Below, one piece after another: positions 17,950 to 42,832 of a DNA stretch of 64,000 bases (within the stretch, counting starts at the first letter, position 1; every line of letters begins with the position of its first letter). Source of the stretch: Eledone cirrhosa (Eukaryota); assembly GCA_964016885.1 (NCBI GenBank), contig CAXHJY010000640.1:121251-185250 (forward strand), read 5' to 3'. The translations under genes were made by a program, and so were the position numbers. The notes beneath the pieces were generated by a model that saw nothing but the letters and a program-made list of their open reading frames with translations, searched no databases and was not told where the DNA came from.

Positions 17950-18804
17950 TGAGTTGAGATGGAGGGTCTGTGGTTTTTCTCACATCTGGTTGGTCTCTGA
18001 ATGTTACTTGTTTTATATGGAAAAAGTGGCTCGAAATGCCAGGTTTTTCGAGAAGTAATTTGATTGGTTTGTCAATAATTATAATAAATTTCGCGCCAGT
18101 TCGCGTTACAATAGTTCCTCAAATAAGAGGGGTGGGGGTTGTCGCAGGTTGTTTTTTCATATATGAGTGTTTGAATTTCTTTTTACTTGAAAAAAGGAGG
18201 CTCACGAAGGCTTTTTTTTGGTTGGTTATAAATGAAATTATGGCTGTCACGTGAGCAAATTTTCATTAAATTTTTGTGCCCTTATTTGGAAATCCACTCT
18301 GTAGCCTTTTTTTAGAGAATTTTTTGATAAGTGAAAGATAATGGTCAAGAGAAAGGGATGGGAGAATTGTTCTGGTTCAGTGAATATGGTTAGTTCGCTG
18401 GGGTGTCAGAATTCAGATTTTCTATTGAATAAAGAAAGTAAAGATATGTGTGTTTATTTGTGTGCTTGTGTGTGTGTGTGCGTGTGTGTGTGTGTGTTTG
18501 AATTTCTTTACTTAAAAAAAAGGTGGCTCACGAAGGCTTTTTTTTAATAAACGTGATTTGATTGGTTATAAATGAAATTTGGCTGTCACGTGAACAAGTT
18601 TTCATTACATTTTTGCGCCCTTATTTGGAAAACTATTCTGTAGTCTTTATAGCGAATGTTATGACAATGGAAAGATAGTGGTCAAGAGAAATGGCATTGG
18701 GAGAATTGTTCTGGTTCAGTGAATATGGTTAGTTCGCTGGGGTGTCAGAGTTCAGATTTTCTATTGAAGTGAAGATATGTATGTTTATTTGTGTGCTTGT
18801 GTGT

Positions 18805-18849
<45 letters not shown>

Positions 18850-19343
18850 TGTGTATGTGTGTATTGGAAGATGATTCTATTAGTAGAAATGGGGGAGGGA
18901 GTTGTGTGTGTGTGTATATGGGTGTTATGTGTGTGTGTGCGAGTATGTTAAGATGGAGAGAATATATATTTTGTGTGTGTGTATATATATGTGTGTAGGA
19001 AAAGTGGTTATATTAGTAGAAATGGGGAGGGAGTTGTGGGTGTGGGGATTGTTATGTGTGTGTATGGGTGTTATGTGTGTGGGAGTATGGTTAGCATGTT
19101 AAGATGAAGAGAATATATATATATATATATATTGTGTGTGTGTGTATGTGTGTGTGTAGGAAAGTGATTCCTTTAGTAGGAATATTTTTGAATGAACATA
19201 TTTTCCTTACTTATTCGTGTTTGCTGTTGTATTGTCAGTGCAAACGTATGTTAAGGTTTATTTAGTTCGGGTTTTTATTTTCTAAAGTAGAAGGTGTTAT
19301 GTGTGTGTGTGTATGTCATATTGTGGTGTTGACATAATGTATA

Positions 19344-21646
19344 TTAAACCATATTTAATGTTGGTCTATATTTTTGAATAAACATATTTTCCTTATTTAT
19401 TCGCATTTGTTCTGTTGTATTGTTAGCGCAAAGGTAAAATGGGAAGACTTGGAATTTGGGTGTCTTATTACTTGCGCAAATGTCTAGATGTGCACTTAGT
19501 GGTATCTGTCTCGTGGTTGGATCTCGTAATTGTTGGCGATGAACTGTCATTCTGTTTCTGAGTGTGAGTTTAGTTTGTCCTATATAATCTTCATTGCATC
19601 CTTTACATTTAATGGCATAAATTAGATTTTTTGATGAGCAAGTGAAGTGATTTTTTACAGTAAAATTTTGTCCTGATTTAAATGTATACGTGTTGCCTTC
19701 AATGAGGTGAGTGAAGGTTCCACAATTAGAGCGACCACATTTTTTGATACTTGGTTGTGGGTTTGTGGTAGGTAATTTGGCATTGGTGAGCAATGTTTTC
19801 AGTGATTTTGGTTGTCTTTTGCTTTTGATTATCTTGTGTTTCAAGGGCTTTTTTCATTCTTGGGTTTTGTTTTAGTAGTGGGATGTTATTGTGAATAGTG
19901 TTGTAAGCTTCCGCATTTCTTGGGTTGTGTGTTGAGATATATGATAGAATATTGGACGTACCTTGAATTTGTTTCTGTTTCCGTAATTCATCAATGCCTA
20001 TTGCTTTAGCCCTTTCTATTCCATTATTTATTAGTAATAGTGGGTACTCTCTCTCGAGTAGAATTTCCTTTAATTCTTGAAGTCTTTTATTTCGCGTTTC
20101 ATAATTGGAGACACTTGTGCAAATTCTTCTTGCTAGGTTAAAAGGAATGTTAGTCTTCGTGTGCTTTGGATGGTTGGAGGTGAATAGCAGATATTGTTTG
20201 GAATCTGTTGGTTTGTAGTGTATGTCAGTTTCGATATTTATGTCTTTTTTTAAGATTAAGATGTCCAGAAATGGGAGTTGATCTTGGCTGTATTCCATTG
20301 TGAATTGGATGTGGTTATTGATGCCGTTTATTAAGTTTTTGAAATCCTTCAGTTGGTCGAGTGTGTGGGACCAAAGAATGAGGCAATCATCCAAGTAGCG
20401 TTTCCAATTCTCTGATAAATATTTGTGGAAGTTCAATCCGTATTTTGATTTGGACTGTTCATATATCTGGACTTCTAAGTATGCCATGACTAAGTTGGCA
20501 TAAGTTGGAGCGGCTTTTGTACCCATCGCAGTCCCCGATGTTTGCTTGTAAGTATTGCCATCGAAATCAAAAAAGTTGTTCTGTAAGATGAATTTTAATC
20601 CCTCGGTGATGAAGCTTTTTTCTATTCTGTCAGGTATCTCATTGGGATATTTCTCTAGCCAGAATCCTATTGCTTCTAGTCCGTATTGGTGTGGGATCGT
20701 TGTGTAGAGATTCACTACATCGAAAGACACAATAATAGTGTCGTTGTTGACATGTTTGGGGAGGTGGTTTAAGAGGTCCAGATCGTCTCTTACAAGGCTC
20801 GGTATGTGTTTCAGAATTGGTTTCAGTAGTATGTCTATAAAGTTGCTCAGTCTGTGTGTTTCACATTGTGGGCCCGCTACAATTGGTCTTAATTTAAGGT
20901 CTCTGGGGTATTGTGTGTTCACGCAGGCTGAGGTGGATTGTTTACAGGCATCGTTGATTATTTTACACTTGTGGATCTTCGGAAATCCGTAAAGGTTGCT
21001 GGTTTTGTATTCAAAATTTGTTAAATAATCGCGTTCCTTTTTAGTTAGGTCTTCCTGGTATCGATAAATCAGTGTTTAATCTGGTCATTATTTTTGATTG
21101 CTGGTAGTTGTTTACTCTTTCATAGTAATTAGTATTTTGTAAGAGAGAGAACATAGAATTTTTATATTTTTCACCCTCCATAATGACAACAGTACTTCCC
21201 TTGTCCGCTTCCTTAATTATAATGTCCGTATTGTTTTTTAGTTCATGGATAATCTCCCATTCCCTTCAACTAGTGTTGGGTTTGGGTTTAGGTTGCGGTA
21301 GTTCATGGTATGGGAAGGTAGCTATGTGGTCACAAAATTTGTCCAGAACTCTGTTTCTACCTTTTGTTGGGTTGTAGCTGCTTTTATTCCGTACAATTGA
21401 TTCGTCGTTATTCTCCTTGTCAAAGAATTCCTCTGTGAGACGTAATTTTCTACAGAAGTGTGAGATATCGTCATTTATCTCATTGGGGTTAGAGTATTGT
21501 GGTGTTGGTGTGAATTTCAGTCCTTTGGAGAGAATTTTTACTTGTTGGGCTGAGAGGTTTGTATTTGAAAGGTTAATTATTTTCGGTTTTTCAAAATCGG
21601 TTTGTGCCACCGGGTGTCGTGGGTCCTGTAGCCTTGGTCTAAAAAA
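19344..21646 (-). pseudogene. PLE RT-GIY-YIG polyprotein (several frameshifts)
   Basis: IINLS...LSKGLKFTPTP, LRPIVAG, SFDVVNLYT, GTAMGT, RYLDD, LPFLDI, YKPTD, KCGRSNCG linker and NLIYAIKC...YIGQT. Confidence 0.92.
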
Positions 21647-22777
21647 TGATTTTTCTGGAATGTTTTTTCAATGGTATTATTATATCTAATGGTATTTCCC
21701 TGTTGTTGTGTGGTCTTGTATAGAAGTTTCGGACGTATTGAGGTTCGGTTTGTTGATAGCCCGTGTTGTAGATTTTGTTCCTGTGTGGGTTGGGATCTAC
21801 GGTTTTGGAACAGGCTCTGTGTGGGCAGGGGTCTACGGTTTTGGAATAGGTTTTGTGTGGGTTGTGATCTGCGGATCAGGTCCTGCCTTGTGTTCGGGGA
21901 TCTTTGGTTTTTGTTAGTAGGGTTATAGTTTTGTCTATGGTTTCTGGGATTATCGTTATAGTTTTGCTGGGGGTATGTTGGACGTTTTGTTACTTTTTTT
22001 GTTATTTGTTGTACATGTGGTGTGTGAGTTTTAGTTTGTTTTAAAAATGGGGTTACCTGTATGTTGTTCATTTTTGAAGTCCATTTCGTAGTTGTTGAAC
22101 CAGGTGGCGTTTTTTTCCCATCGCTGGAGGGATGTTAGTTCTTTATCCTCACAGTTTTCTTTCCAAAGTTTTAGGGGTTTTTTGTAGAGTAGGCCTTCAG
22201 AGTACTTTGAGATTTCTGTGTCCATCTGTTGGTCGAGTGACTTGAATTTTTCTTCGTTGGAGTTGGCTCTTAATCGCAACAGTTCTATTTCTGTTTTAAA
22301 TTTTTCCAACGACATCTTTTCCCTAAGTCTTTGTTGGTTTTCTGGTTCATTCGGGATGGGTTTTATTTGGAGTTTTTTGGGGAGGATGATTGGGGTAGAG
22401 TTTAGCCCCTTTTCATATATGTCTGCCTTGCCATTATTTTTTAGGAGATTCCAAAGGGCGAATTTGCGGGCTGTGAGCTTGTGAGTCCATATGTTGATTA
22501 GGGTGTTTTTCACTGAGTGGACATCTCGTAGATTGGGTTCTAACGGTTGTTCCAGCTTTTGGAGCATTGCTGTTTGAATGGTTTCGATTAGCTTAGTTAA
22601 TACTGGAGTAATATTCGTCTTTTGGGTATTTTCTGTTTCTTCGTGGGGTCCTTTTTTATAGATGTGTATTTGGTCCACTTTGTTGGTCAAAATTGAGAGT
22701 TTAGAGGAAATCTCTTTGAGTTCATTTAAGATGACCTGGTTCAGTGAGTTGTTGTTTTGTTGAGACTTTGGTGGCAT
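21577..22777 (-). pseudogene. PLE upstream ORF1: predicted coiled-coil N-part (22031-22777) and Q/N/R-rich repetitive C-part (21577-22071)
   Basis: ATG-initiated 248-aa ORF with heptad-like L/E/K segments, continuing after a probable 1-bp indel into a region with 12-aa repeats (RRSQPTQNLFQN). Confidence 0.65.
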
Positions 22778-23014
22778 TTTCGGTCTTTGTGTGGTGGGTA
22801 TGTATTAGAAAGTGAGGTTTTTTTTACAAATTGAAAAATAACCGAGGTGTCTTACACGAGTGAAAGTATAAAGAATAAGAGATGAAATCGAAAATGCAAC
22901 TGGAGTCTTACTTTTTTTTTTAAATATATATATTTATTTGGTTCCATATAAATCAAGTAACATTCAGAGACCAACCAGATGTGAGAAAAACCACAGACCC
23001 TCCATCTCAACTCA

Positions 23015-23052
23015 CCTTTTGAAAAGCAGAAGAACTGCGAAACCGGTAAGGA
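23015..23052 (+). ncRNA. Minimal hammerhead ribozyme, U3-A8 variant (inverted pLTR copy)
   Basis: cctt-TTGAAAA-gcagaagaactgc-GAAA-ccgg-TA-agga. Confidence 0.7.
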
Positions 23053-23141
23053 AACCAAATAAATATGTATATATTTTTTTTAAAATAAGACTCCAGTTGC
23101 ATTTTCGATTTCATCTCTTTTTCTATATACATATATATATA

Positions 23142-28879
<5,738 letters not shown>

Positions 28880-29056
28880 CTTGACTCTGTATACCGTTTA
28901 TCTTTCACCGAAAGTGATTTTTCATTACATCTCTTCTTTCCATGATATCCGGAATACATTGAGTTCTTCATACGGATTGGACACTACCGTAAACTCTTGG
29001 TAGATTTATCTACATATATATATATATATATGTATACATATATATATATATATGTG

Positions 29057-29522
29057 TCATCATCATCATCATCAACGTTTAACGTCCGTGTTCCACGCTT
29101 GCATGGGTTTGGACGGGGGTTTTCCCACTTGAGGCAAGGGTGATTGTCTTGCTCGCATAGGACTGTCTGGCAGGTTTTCTACAGTTGGATGCCCTTCCTA
29201 ACACCAACCACATTTACAGTGTGGGTCTGGGAGGTTTTTACCGTGTTGCCTACACGGCCTCATTACAGCGCGGACTGTGTGTTTTTTGTCGTGACACCTA
29301 CGCGATCTCATTGGTTTCGGCCTGGATGGTGTGGCACCAACATAACTTTACATAGAAGGGGGCGGTGTTGATGGGGTGGGGGTGGTTGGACGATGGTGTA
29401 TTTTGTTAGGGATGCCTACTGACTGTAGTAGGTTTTACTATGTATTTAGGTAAGGCGGGTCTTCTCTATTACTGAGTACCGCCAAAGGTCTCGGTCCAGT
29501 GACATTGTCTTAGAGAGGTGTA
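29057..29522 (-). mobile_element. 5'-truncated RTE LINE (ORF end, 3' UTR, (GAT)n tail)
   Basis: Minus strand [23 protein letters not shown] and 3' UTR homologous to 46888-47180. Confidence 0.85.
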
Positions 29523-29527
29523 AGTGT

Positions 29528-37195
<7,668 letters not shown>

Positions 37196-37771
37196 CTGTA
37201 TATCTGTTAGAACACGAAAAGTGTGAAACAATAGAATGTTCACTTTTCGTGTTCTAACATATGTGCCTAGCTTCTTTAAAAAATTTTCGGGGATAGCCGT
37301 GGTGGTGGTGATCGTATGTCATTGGCTAATTTTCAACCAATCAGAGTACCTCTCTCTATATCTCTTCCACTGTTACTTACGCCTGTTTCTCTCTATCTGT
37401 TCCGTCTCTATATATATCTCTTACTCTTTCGCTTTGCACTCCTCCCCTTCAATACCATCTCTCCCCCTCTCTATATATTTGTTACTCTATCGCTGCACGC
37501 TCCTCTCCTTCAATATATCAATTACACACGCTTTACACTCTTTTATCCGCAGCGCCCCTATATATACCCCCCCCCCCCACTCTCCCGCATCTATATTTTA
37601 ATGTACCGTTGCACCGTGAATATATGTGTCTATATATATATACATATATATTGTATATACACATTCATGTATGTGTATACACACTCATGTATGTATATAC
37701 ACTGGTTTTGTGTGTATTGTAAATTTGTACTGTTAAAACACGAAACTAACATTCGATTGACACTTTGATTA

Positions 37772-37838
37772 CCTGTACAGGCAATAGTTATTAGAATGCT
37801 GTTGAAGTGTGTATATATTTTTGGGGGACATCCTGTAT
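37772..37838 (-). mobile_element. Possible Tc1/mariner-type TIR fragment (also ~43478-43545)
   Basis: Minus strand TA-caggatgtcccccaaaaatatatacacac resembles CAGGGTGTCC mariner ends. No partner TIR seen. Confidence 0.35.
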
Positions 37839-38612
37839 ATACACACATTATATATAATACAATAAACAGATAAATACACACATATATATATGAGCTTATT
37901 TAATTATAAATATTGTGAATTTTTAACTCAGTTCAATTATATATATAAATGGCTTCTACAGGACTAGAACTGTTTCATTCGAAAGAAATCATCATAATAT
38001 TGAGAGGGGGGACTAGATAAAATATTTCAAATCAAATGTGTATAAGTTAAAATGTATAAATAGAGACGATAGTGGAGGTATATCTGTTTAGTGGAACAGT
38101 AGACGATAGAATTAAATACAGACGAGAATCTCCCTTTAATGAAACAGCAGACGATAGAATTAAGGCAATTTAAATTTTAAGCATTTGCATTTTTGCCTTT
38201 CATCGTTACGGGGTCGATAAAATAAAGTACCAGTAATACACTGTCACTAGACGACTTTCAAATTGAATTGTTGGTTCCATTTCTTTAGTATTTTCAATTG
38301 TAGTTATCTACTTAAAAAGCGTTACACGCTTAGAGACATAATTCGTAAGTTATATCTTCCCTATTAAACCATTGCATTATTTCGCCTACAATAGAACAAA
38401 AATGAAATGTTCTTTAAAGAAACAGGAATATAACTTTATAAAAAAAAAAGTTACATCCGCTTCTTTTATCATTGATAATTTTTTCGTTTTAATATTAATT
38501 GTTTTTTGTAGTTGTTTATATTAAAAATCTTACTGTAATATTTACTTAAACGAAGGCAAACATCTAAACTTATAGATTAATCTTGAGCGAAGGACTAGAT
38601 AAATCTCTCTCC

Positions 38613-38666
<54 letters not shown>

Positions 38667-38801
38667 GAAGAATGATAAAATTTCAAGCAAAGAGTTTAAT
38701 TAGGTATATTTTGTAATATTATTTGTAGCGGTTGTCTCCCTTGTTTTGATTGGGATCTAGACGGGAAGTGGAACCCTTTCTGCAACTTCCGGTCAGAGCC
38801 C

Positions 38802-38808
38802 TATAAAA
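38802..38808 (+). promoter_or_regulatory. LTR TATA box
   Basis: TATAAAA in the 5' LTR, with upstream reverse CCAAT (gattgg) and ETS-like ggaagt/acttccgg motifs. Confidence 0.55.
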
Positions 38809-39093
38809 CTAACAACGTTAAGCTTCCTTCCTCTCTCTTTGCCTTTTCGGCACCAGGTCAAGAGTCTTCTCATTTGGCTCTGCCATTAATTTGGCCAACA
38901 GGCGCCTGGCTAAGGCCAGGCGCCCTCTGCCAGCCGCGTTTGCCTGGCAATCAAAACGGTAACTACTAACTTTGTTTCATTCTAACATCTATCTTTGACA
39001 TGTCAAGTATTCTATCTACCGTTAATTAAATATTATATACACAAACTTTGTCTCGTTTTGTTACATTCATACTACCAGTATTTCCCGCTATAT

Positions 39094-39125
39094 TGGTGAC
39101 CCCGACGTGATACGAACACGCAGCC
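39094..39125 (+). promoter_or_regulatory. Extended primer-binding site complementary to tRNA-Trp(CCA)
   Basis: TGGTGACCCCGACGTGAT-a-CGAACACGCAGCC, starting 1 nt after the 5' LTR. Confidence 0.9.
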
Positions 39126-40434
39126 GTTCATCGCTATAAGTGGTCACCCCCAAAAAAAAGAAAAAAATAGCACATCTGGTTTTGTGAGTAACATTACGAA
39201 TACACAGCAAATTTAGCGACAAACTATGAAAATACTCAAGGACACGCACACACGCACATGTGGAATTCGCACAGACATACTTTTTCTCTCACGCATCAAT
39301 TAACTGTCGCATTTCACCAATATATATATATATGTTTCTCGTTTCTTACAACGAACACTTTCAAAACAAAAAAAACATTTCACGATATATATATATATGT
39401 TTCTCGTTTCTTACAACGAACTCTTTCAAAACACAAAAAAAAAAAAAAGAAATTTGATATTCTTTAAAAAACATTTCAACAGGAACATTTATTTTCGATG
39501 AACCATTGCCTTTTGTTCTTCGTTTTCTTCATCGTTCAAGTTTTTTTTTTTTTTTTTCCAAAAGTTCACACCTATAATTATGCTGATTGAAGCCTTTCTT
39601 TTTCATCATTGTCACTTTCAAAATTGCACTATCATTTTCTCGCGCGTTAGAAATATTTTTTTTTCAACCTTGTATTGGCACGTGTAGGCAGCATAAATTC
39701 TCGATTCACTGAGATGTCTTTACTCACAGACAGCCGCACGCCATTTATCACCAGGGATTCTTCAGCCTTAAGCTATATTCTTCTATTTGCCGGTTTATAA
39801 ATTTACAATGTAAATTTACCGTTGATAACCGCGCATTTATTAAGAATGCTTATTTCTCTGGTCGCTGGCCTCTTGACCCTTCCAGGTCAACGCATTCTCA
39901 ACATCGACCATCAACTTCGGCTGCTATTTCTAGCACTTTGCGCAACTCATTTTTTCTAAAAAAAAATTTTTTTACTGTGAATTTAAACACCGAATACGCT
40001 CACTCAGCGAGACAACAGCAGCAGCAACAGCAATACATCAATACAGCTTCACCAAAGCCAGAGAATTCATTTTTGCAGCACTCTTCCTGTGAGAAAATCC
40101 ATTCGGAGGTTGGAAATTTCACGATATACCACAGAACAGAAACCACCTGCATTCATTCTCTGGAACACACTTTCTTTCCTGCTGTCATGTGATTACACAC
40201 CTGTGAACTATATTTTGAGCTTTGAGCTCTTCTATTACTTTTACTTTATTACATTGTGTCTTTGGGTGATGGATAGATGGATGTCCAGTCGTTCTCTGGC
40301 CAAGAGCGGTTGGTTACCTTGATATCTATCATTGATTTTTCCAGACATTCTTTTGTCGTAATTTCCATGCCTGTTACAACATTCTCGCCAACTTGCTACA
40401 TATTTTCATTTCGATTTTTATACACTAAAATTCT

Positions 40435-40443
40435 GGCGGGAGG
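40435..40443 (+). promoter_or_regulatory. Polypurine tract
   Basis: ggcgggagg just upstream of the 3' LTR. Confidence 0.7.
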
Positions 40444-41139
40444 TTATGTAGCGGTTGTCTCCCTTGTTTTGATTGGGATCTAGACGGGAAGTGGAACCCT
40501 TTCTGCAACTTCCGGTCAGAGCCCTATAAAACTAACAACGTTAAGCTTCCTTCCTCTCTCTTTGCCTTTTCGGCACCAGGTCAAGAGTCTTCTCATTTGG
40601 CTCTGCCATTAATTTGGCCAACAGGCGCCTGGCTAAGGCCAGGCGCCCTCTGCCAGCCGCGTTTGCCTGGCAATCAAAACGGTAACTACTAACTTTGTTT
40701 CATTCTAACATCTATCTTTGACATGTCAAGTATTCTATCTACCGTTAATTAAATATTATATACACAAACTTTGTCTCGTTTTGTTACATTCATTCAACCA
40801 GTAATCCCGCTATATATTAACTAATTATTATAATTAACGCGCATATTTTGCTATCCTCAAACACGTTTACACATGGCATGAAATATAACTAATCCGAGAT
40901 GGCTAGGTTTCATCTTCTAACTGGATATACGAAAGCCATTATGTCTTGACAACAACATGAGGTAACATTATGTTATTCACAGACACACTTTGTACACTGT
41001 TCCATATCAGAATGTATTTCCTTCGTCACATTCACAAACAGTATTGAAAATATGTTCTTCGGCAAATAAAAATGTTTTGTTCATAATATTTCAACTAGCG
41101 ATTGCTCTACTCCACGCACGACCACCATAAATTAATGAC

Positions 41140-41325
41140 CAGCTCAACACAAGTATTGGTAGAGCGTCAGACACCATGCTTTGCAGTATTGTTATGGTCC
41201 TTTGCATTCTAAGTTCAAATCCTGCCGAGGTTAACTTCGACTTTCATACTTACTAATTCGATAAAATAAAGTACCAGTAATGGACTGCCGTAATGGATTT
41301 GTGCCGAAAAATAGAAACACTATTA
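41140..41325 (+). mobile_element. Diverged tRNA-derived SINE (duplicate at ~44739-44925; fragments at ~38195 and ~43900)
   Basis: B box aagttcaaatcc and tcgataaaataaagtaccagtaat, the same family as 11133-11314. Confidence 0.75.
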
Positions 41326-41875
41326 ATGTGCAATAAGAGCAAAATATAACGACATTGCTCAATTATTTTATCTAATGTTGTAATAACACAAGGAAATGTT
41401 GTTTGTGTATTTTTTTTTATATTTGCTCATAGGCTTTTACAATTTCGCTCAGCCAACAACTATTAAATAGTGAGTTGCTTAAGATAACAATTTAATCACA
41501 AATTGTTGCTATCTTTTAATACACTCCAACAAGTCATCAAATTATGTACAATAAAAACAAATCTTATTAATTTGCTCAGGGAATATAAAGAAAATGTATA
41601 TACACTGATAATTGCAATTGTATGTAAATATTTTGTTTTTGTATTGTATATTTTATGTTTTCTATTATATATAATATATTGATTTAATATTGATTGTTTT
41701 TTGTAGTTGTTTATATTAAAAGTCTGAAAATATTTTTATACATCTTACACTAATATTTATAAGATAATTTATAATAACAATTACATAATCTAATTACATT
41801 ACAACGATAATTTATTATTAATATATATCCTGTTTAACTAGAGTTATTACAAGCGTTGCCTTAAAAAAATATTAA

Positions 41876-42832
41876 ACTAGACATGAAAAATGCGCAAGCT
41901 CAAAAGTGCCACAGAATGTTATAATAAACCTTCAAAAGTGTGGGACTAGAGTTGTTGCTAAAAAATATTGTAATCATTATATATCGTACATTCTGTGGCA
42001 TCCTTTATAAAAATAGCTTAAACCAACGAAGCCTTTATTTTTACGCTATTTCACTTAGTTAATTCTTAGAGTGTAACATATAAAAAGAAATACATCTATG
42101 TTTAATGTAATAACAGCTATAAATAATTACGTAATATTATTATCATATACTCATAGTAACAAAATAATTGTGTTGAAACTTAATATGATGCTTATATGAA
42201 CGATCAAATCTATAATGATAATTTCTTAAATATACTAATAGTAAAATAATTTAGTTATCTATTGTTACATTTTCATAGAACTATAATATTAACAATCGTA
42301 TTGCATTATCAAATTTTTATCACTACAAACTTTCATATTGGAATTACGTTAAGCCACTTATTATTACTTCGCTTTCGTACTTTTACAGCTGTAGATATTG
42401 CGCTGTATCTTATATCTAATATCAATATCTCGTGGTAATTTGCATGAAGTGTAAAATAGGTTTATTAATAACTTTAATATGAAATGTATTATACAGGGCT
42501 GCGGAGTCGGCCAAAAATTGACTGGCTCCAACTCAGGATCCGATACTCCATTATTTCCTAAATTTCAGCTCCGCAGCTCTGTTATTATATTAATTAATTT
42601 ATTTTATAGTTGTAAATCATATTTTTATATGTTACACTCTAAGAATTAACTAAGTGAAATAGCGTAAAAATAAAGGCTTCGTTGGTTTAAGCTATTTTTA
42701 TAAAGGATGCCACAGAATGTACGATATATAATGATTACAATATTTTTTAGCAACAACTCTAGTCCCACACTTTTGAAGGTTTATTATAACATTCTGTGGC
42801 ACTTTTGAGCTTGCGCATTTTTCATGTCTAGT
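41876..42832. repeat. 211-bp perfect inverted repeat (41876-42086 / 42622-42832); duplicated at 45475-45685 / 46218-46428
   Basis: Arms are exact reverse complements by eye. Confidence 0.92.
42494..42581. mobile_element. 88-bp hAT-like MITE (duplicate 46090-46177)
   Basis: TIRs cagggctgcggag / ctccgcagctctg; 8-bp TSD-like flanks gtattata / ttattata. Confidence 0.65.

Larger units (their letters stand above)
17773..23123 (-). mobile_element. Neptune-type Penelope-like retroelement, near full length, with partial 5' pLTR and inverted 5' segment
   Basis: RT, Cys-rich linker and GIY-YIG ORFs. 22805-22945 directly repeats 17773-17912, and 22943-23123 is an inverted copy of ~17842-18021. Flanked by TA repeats. 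Confidence 0.92.
38724..40814 (+). mobile_element. Non-autonomous Gypsy-like LTR element (TRIM/LARD-like), 2091 bp
   Basis: LTRs at 38724-39092 and 40447-40814 (TGTAGCGG...CCGCTATA), tRNA-Trp PBS and PPT. The 4-bp TSD TATT is confirmed by the empty site at ~44414-44417. No long internal ORF. Confidence 0.93.

Noticed and set aside
37945-38000. Hammerhead-like tgatga...gaaac...gtc on the minus strand
   Set aside because: C3 is missing and there is no stem I complementarity.
39094-39125. tRNA-Trp gene
   Set aside because: Only the 3' 32 nt, including encoded CCA, adjacent to an LTR: a PBS, not a gene.
37203-42831. Duplicated unit as a Helitron (A|TC start, CTAG|T end)
   Set aside because: No convincing GC-rich subterminal hairpin, the CTAG belongs to a local inverted copy, and the units are separated by TA rather than fused. 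Not excluded without a genome search.
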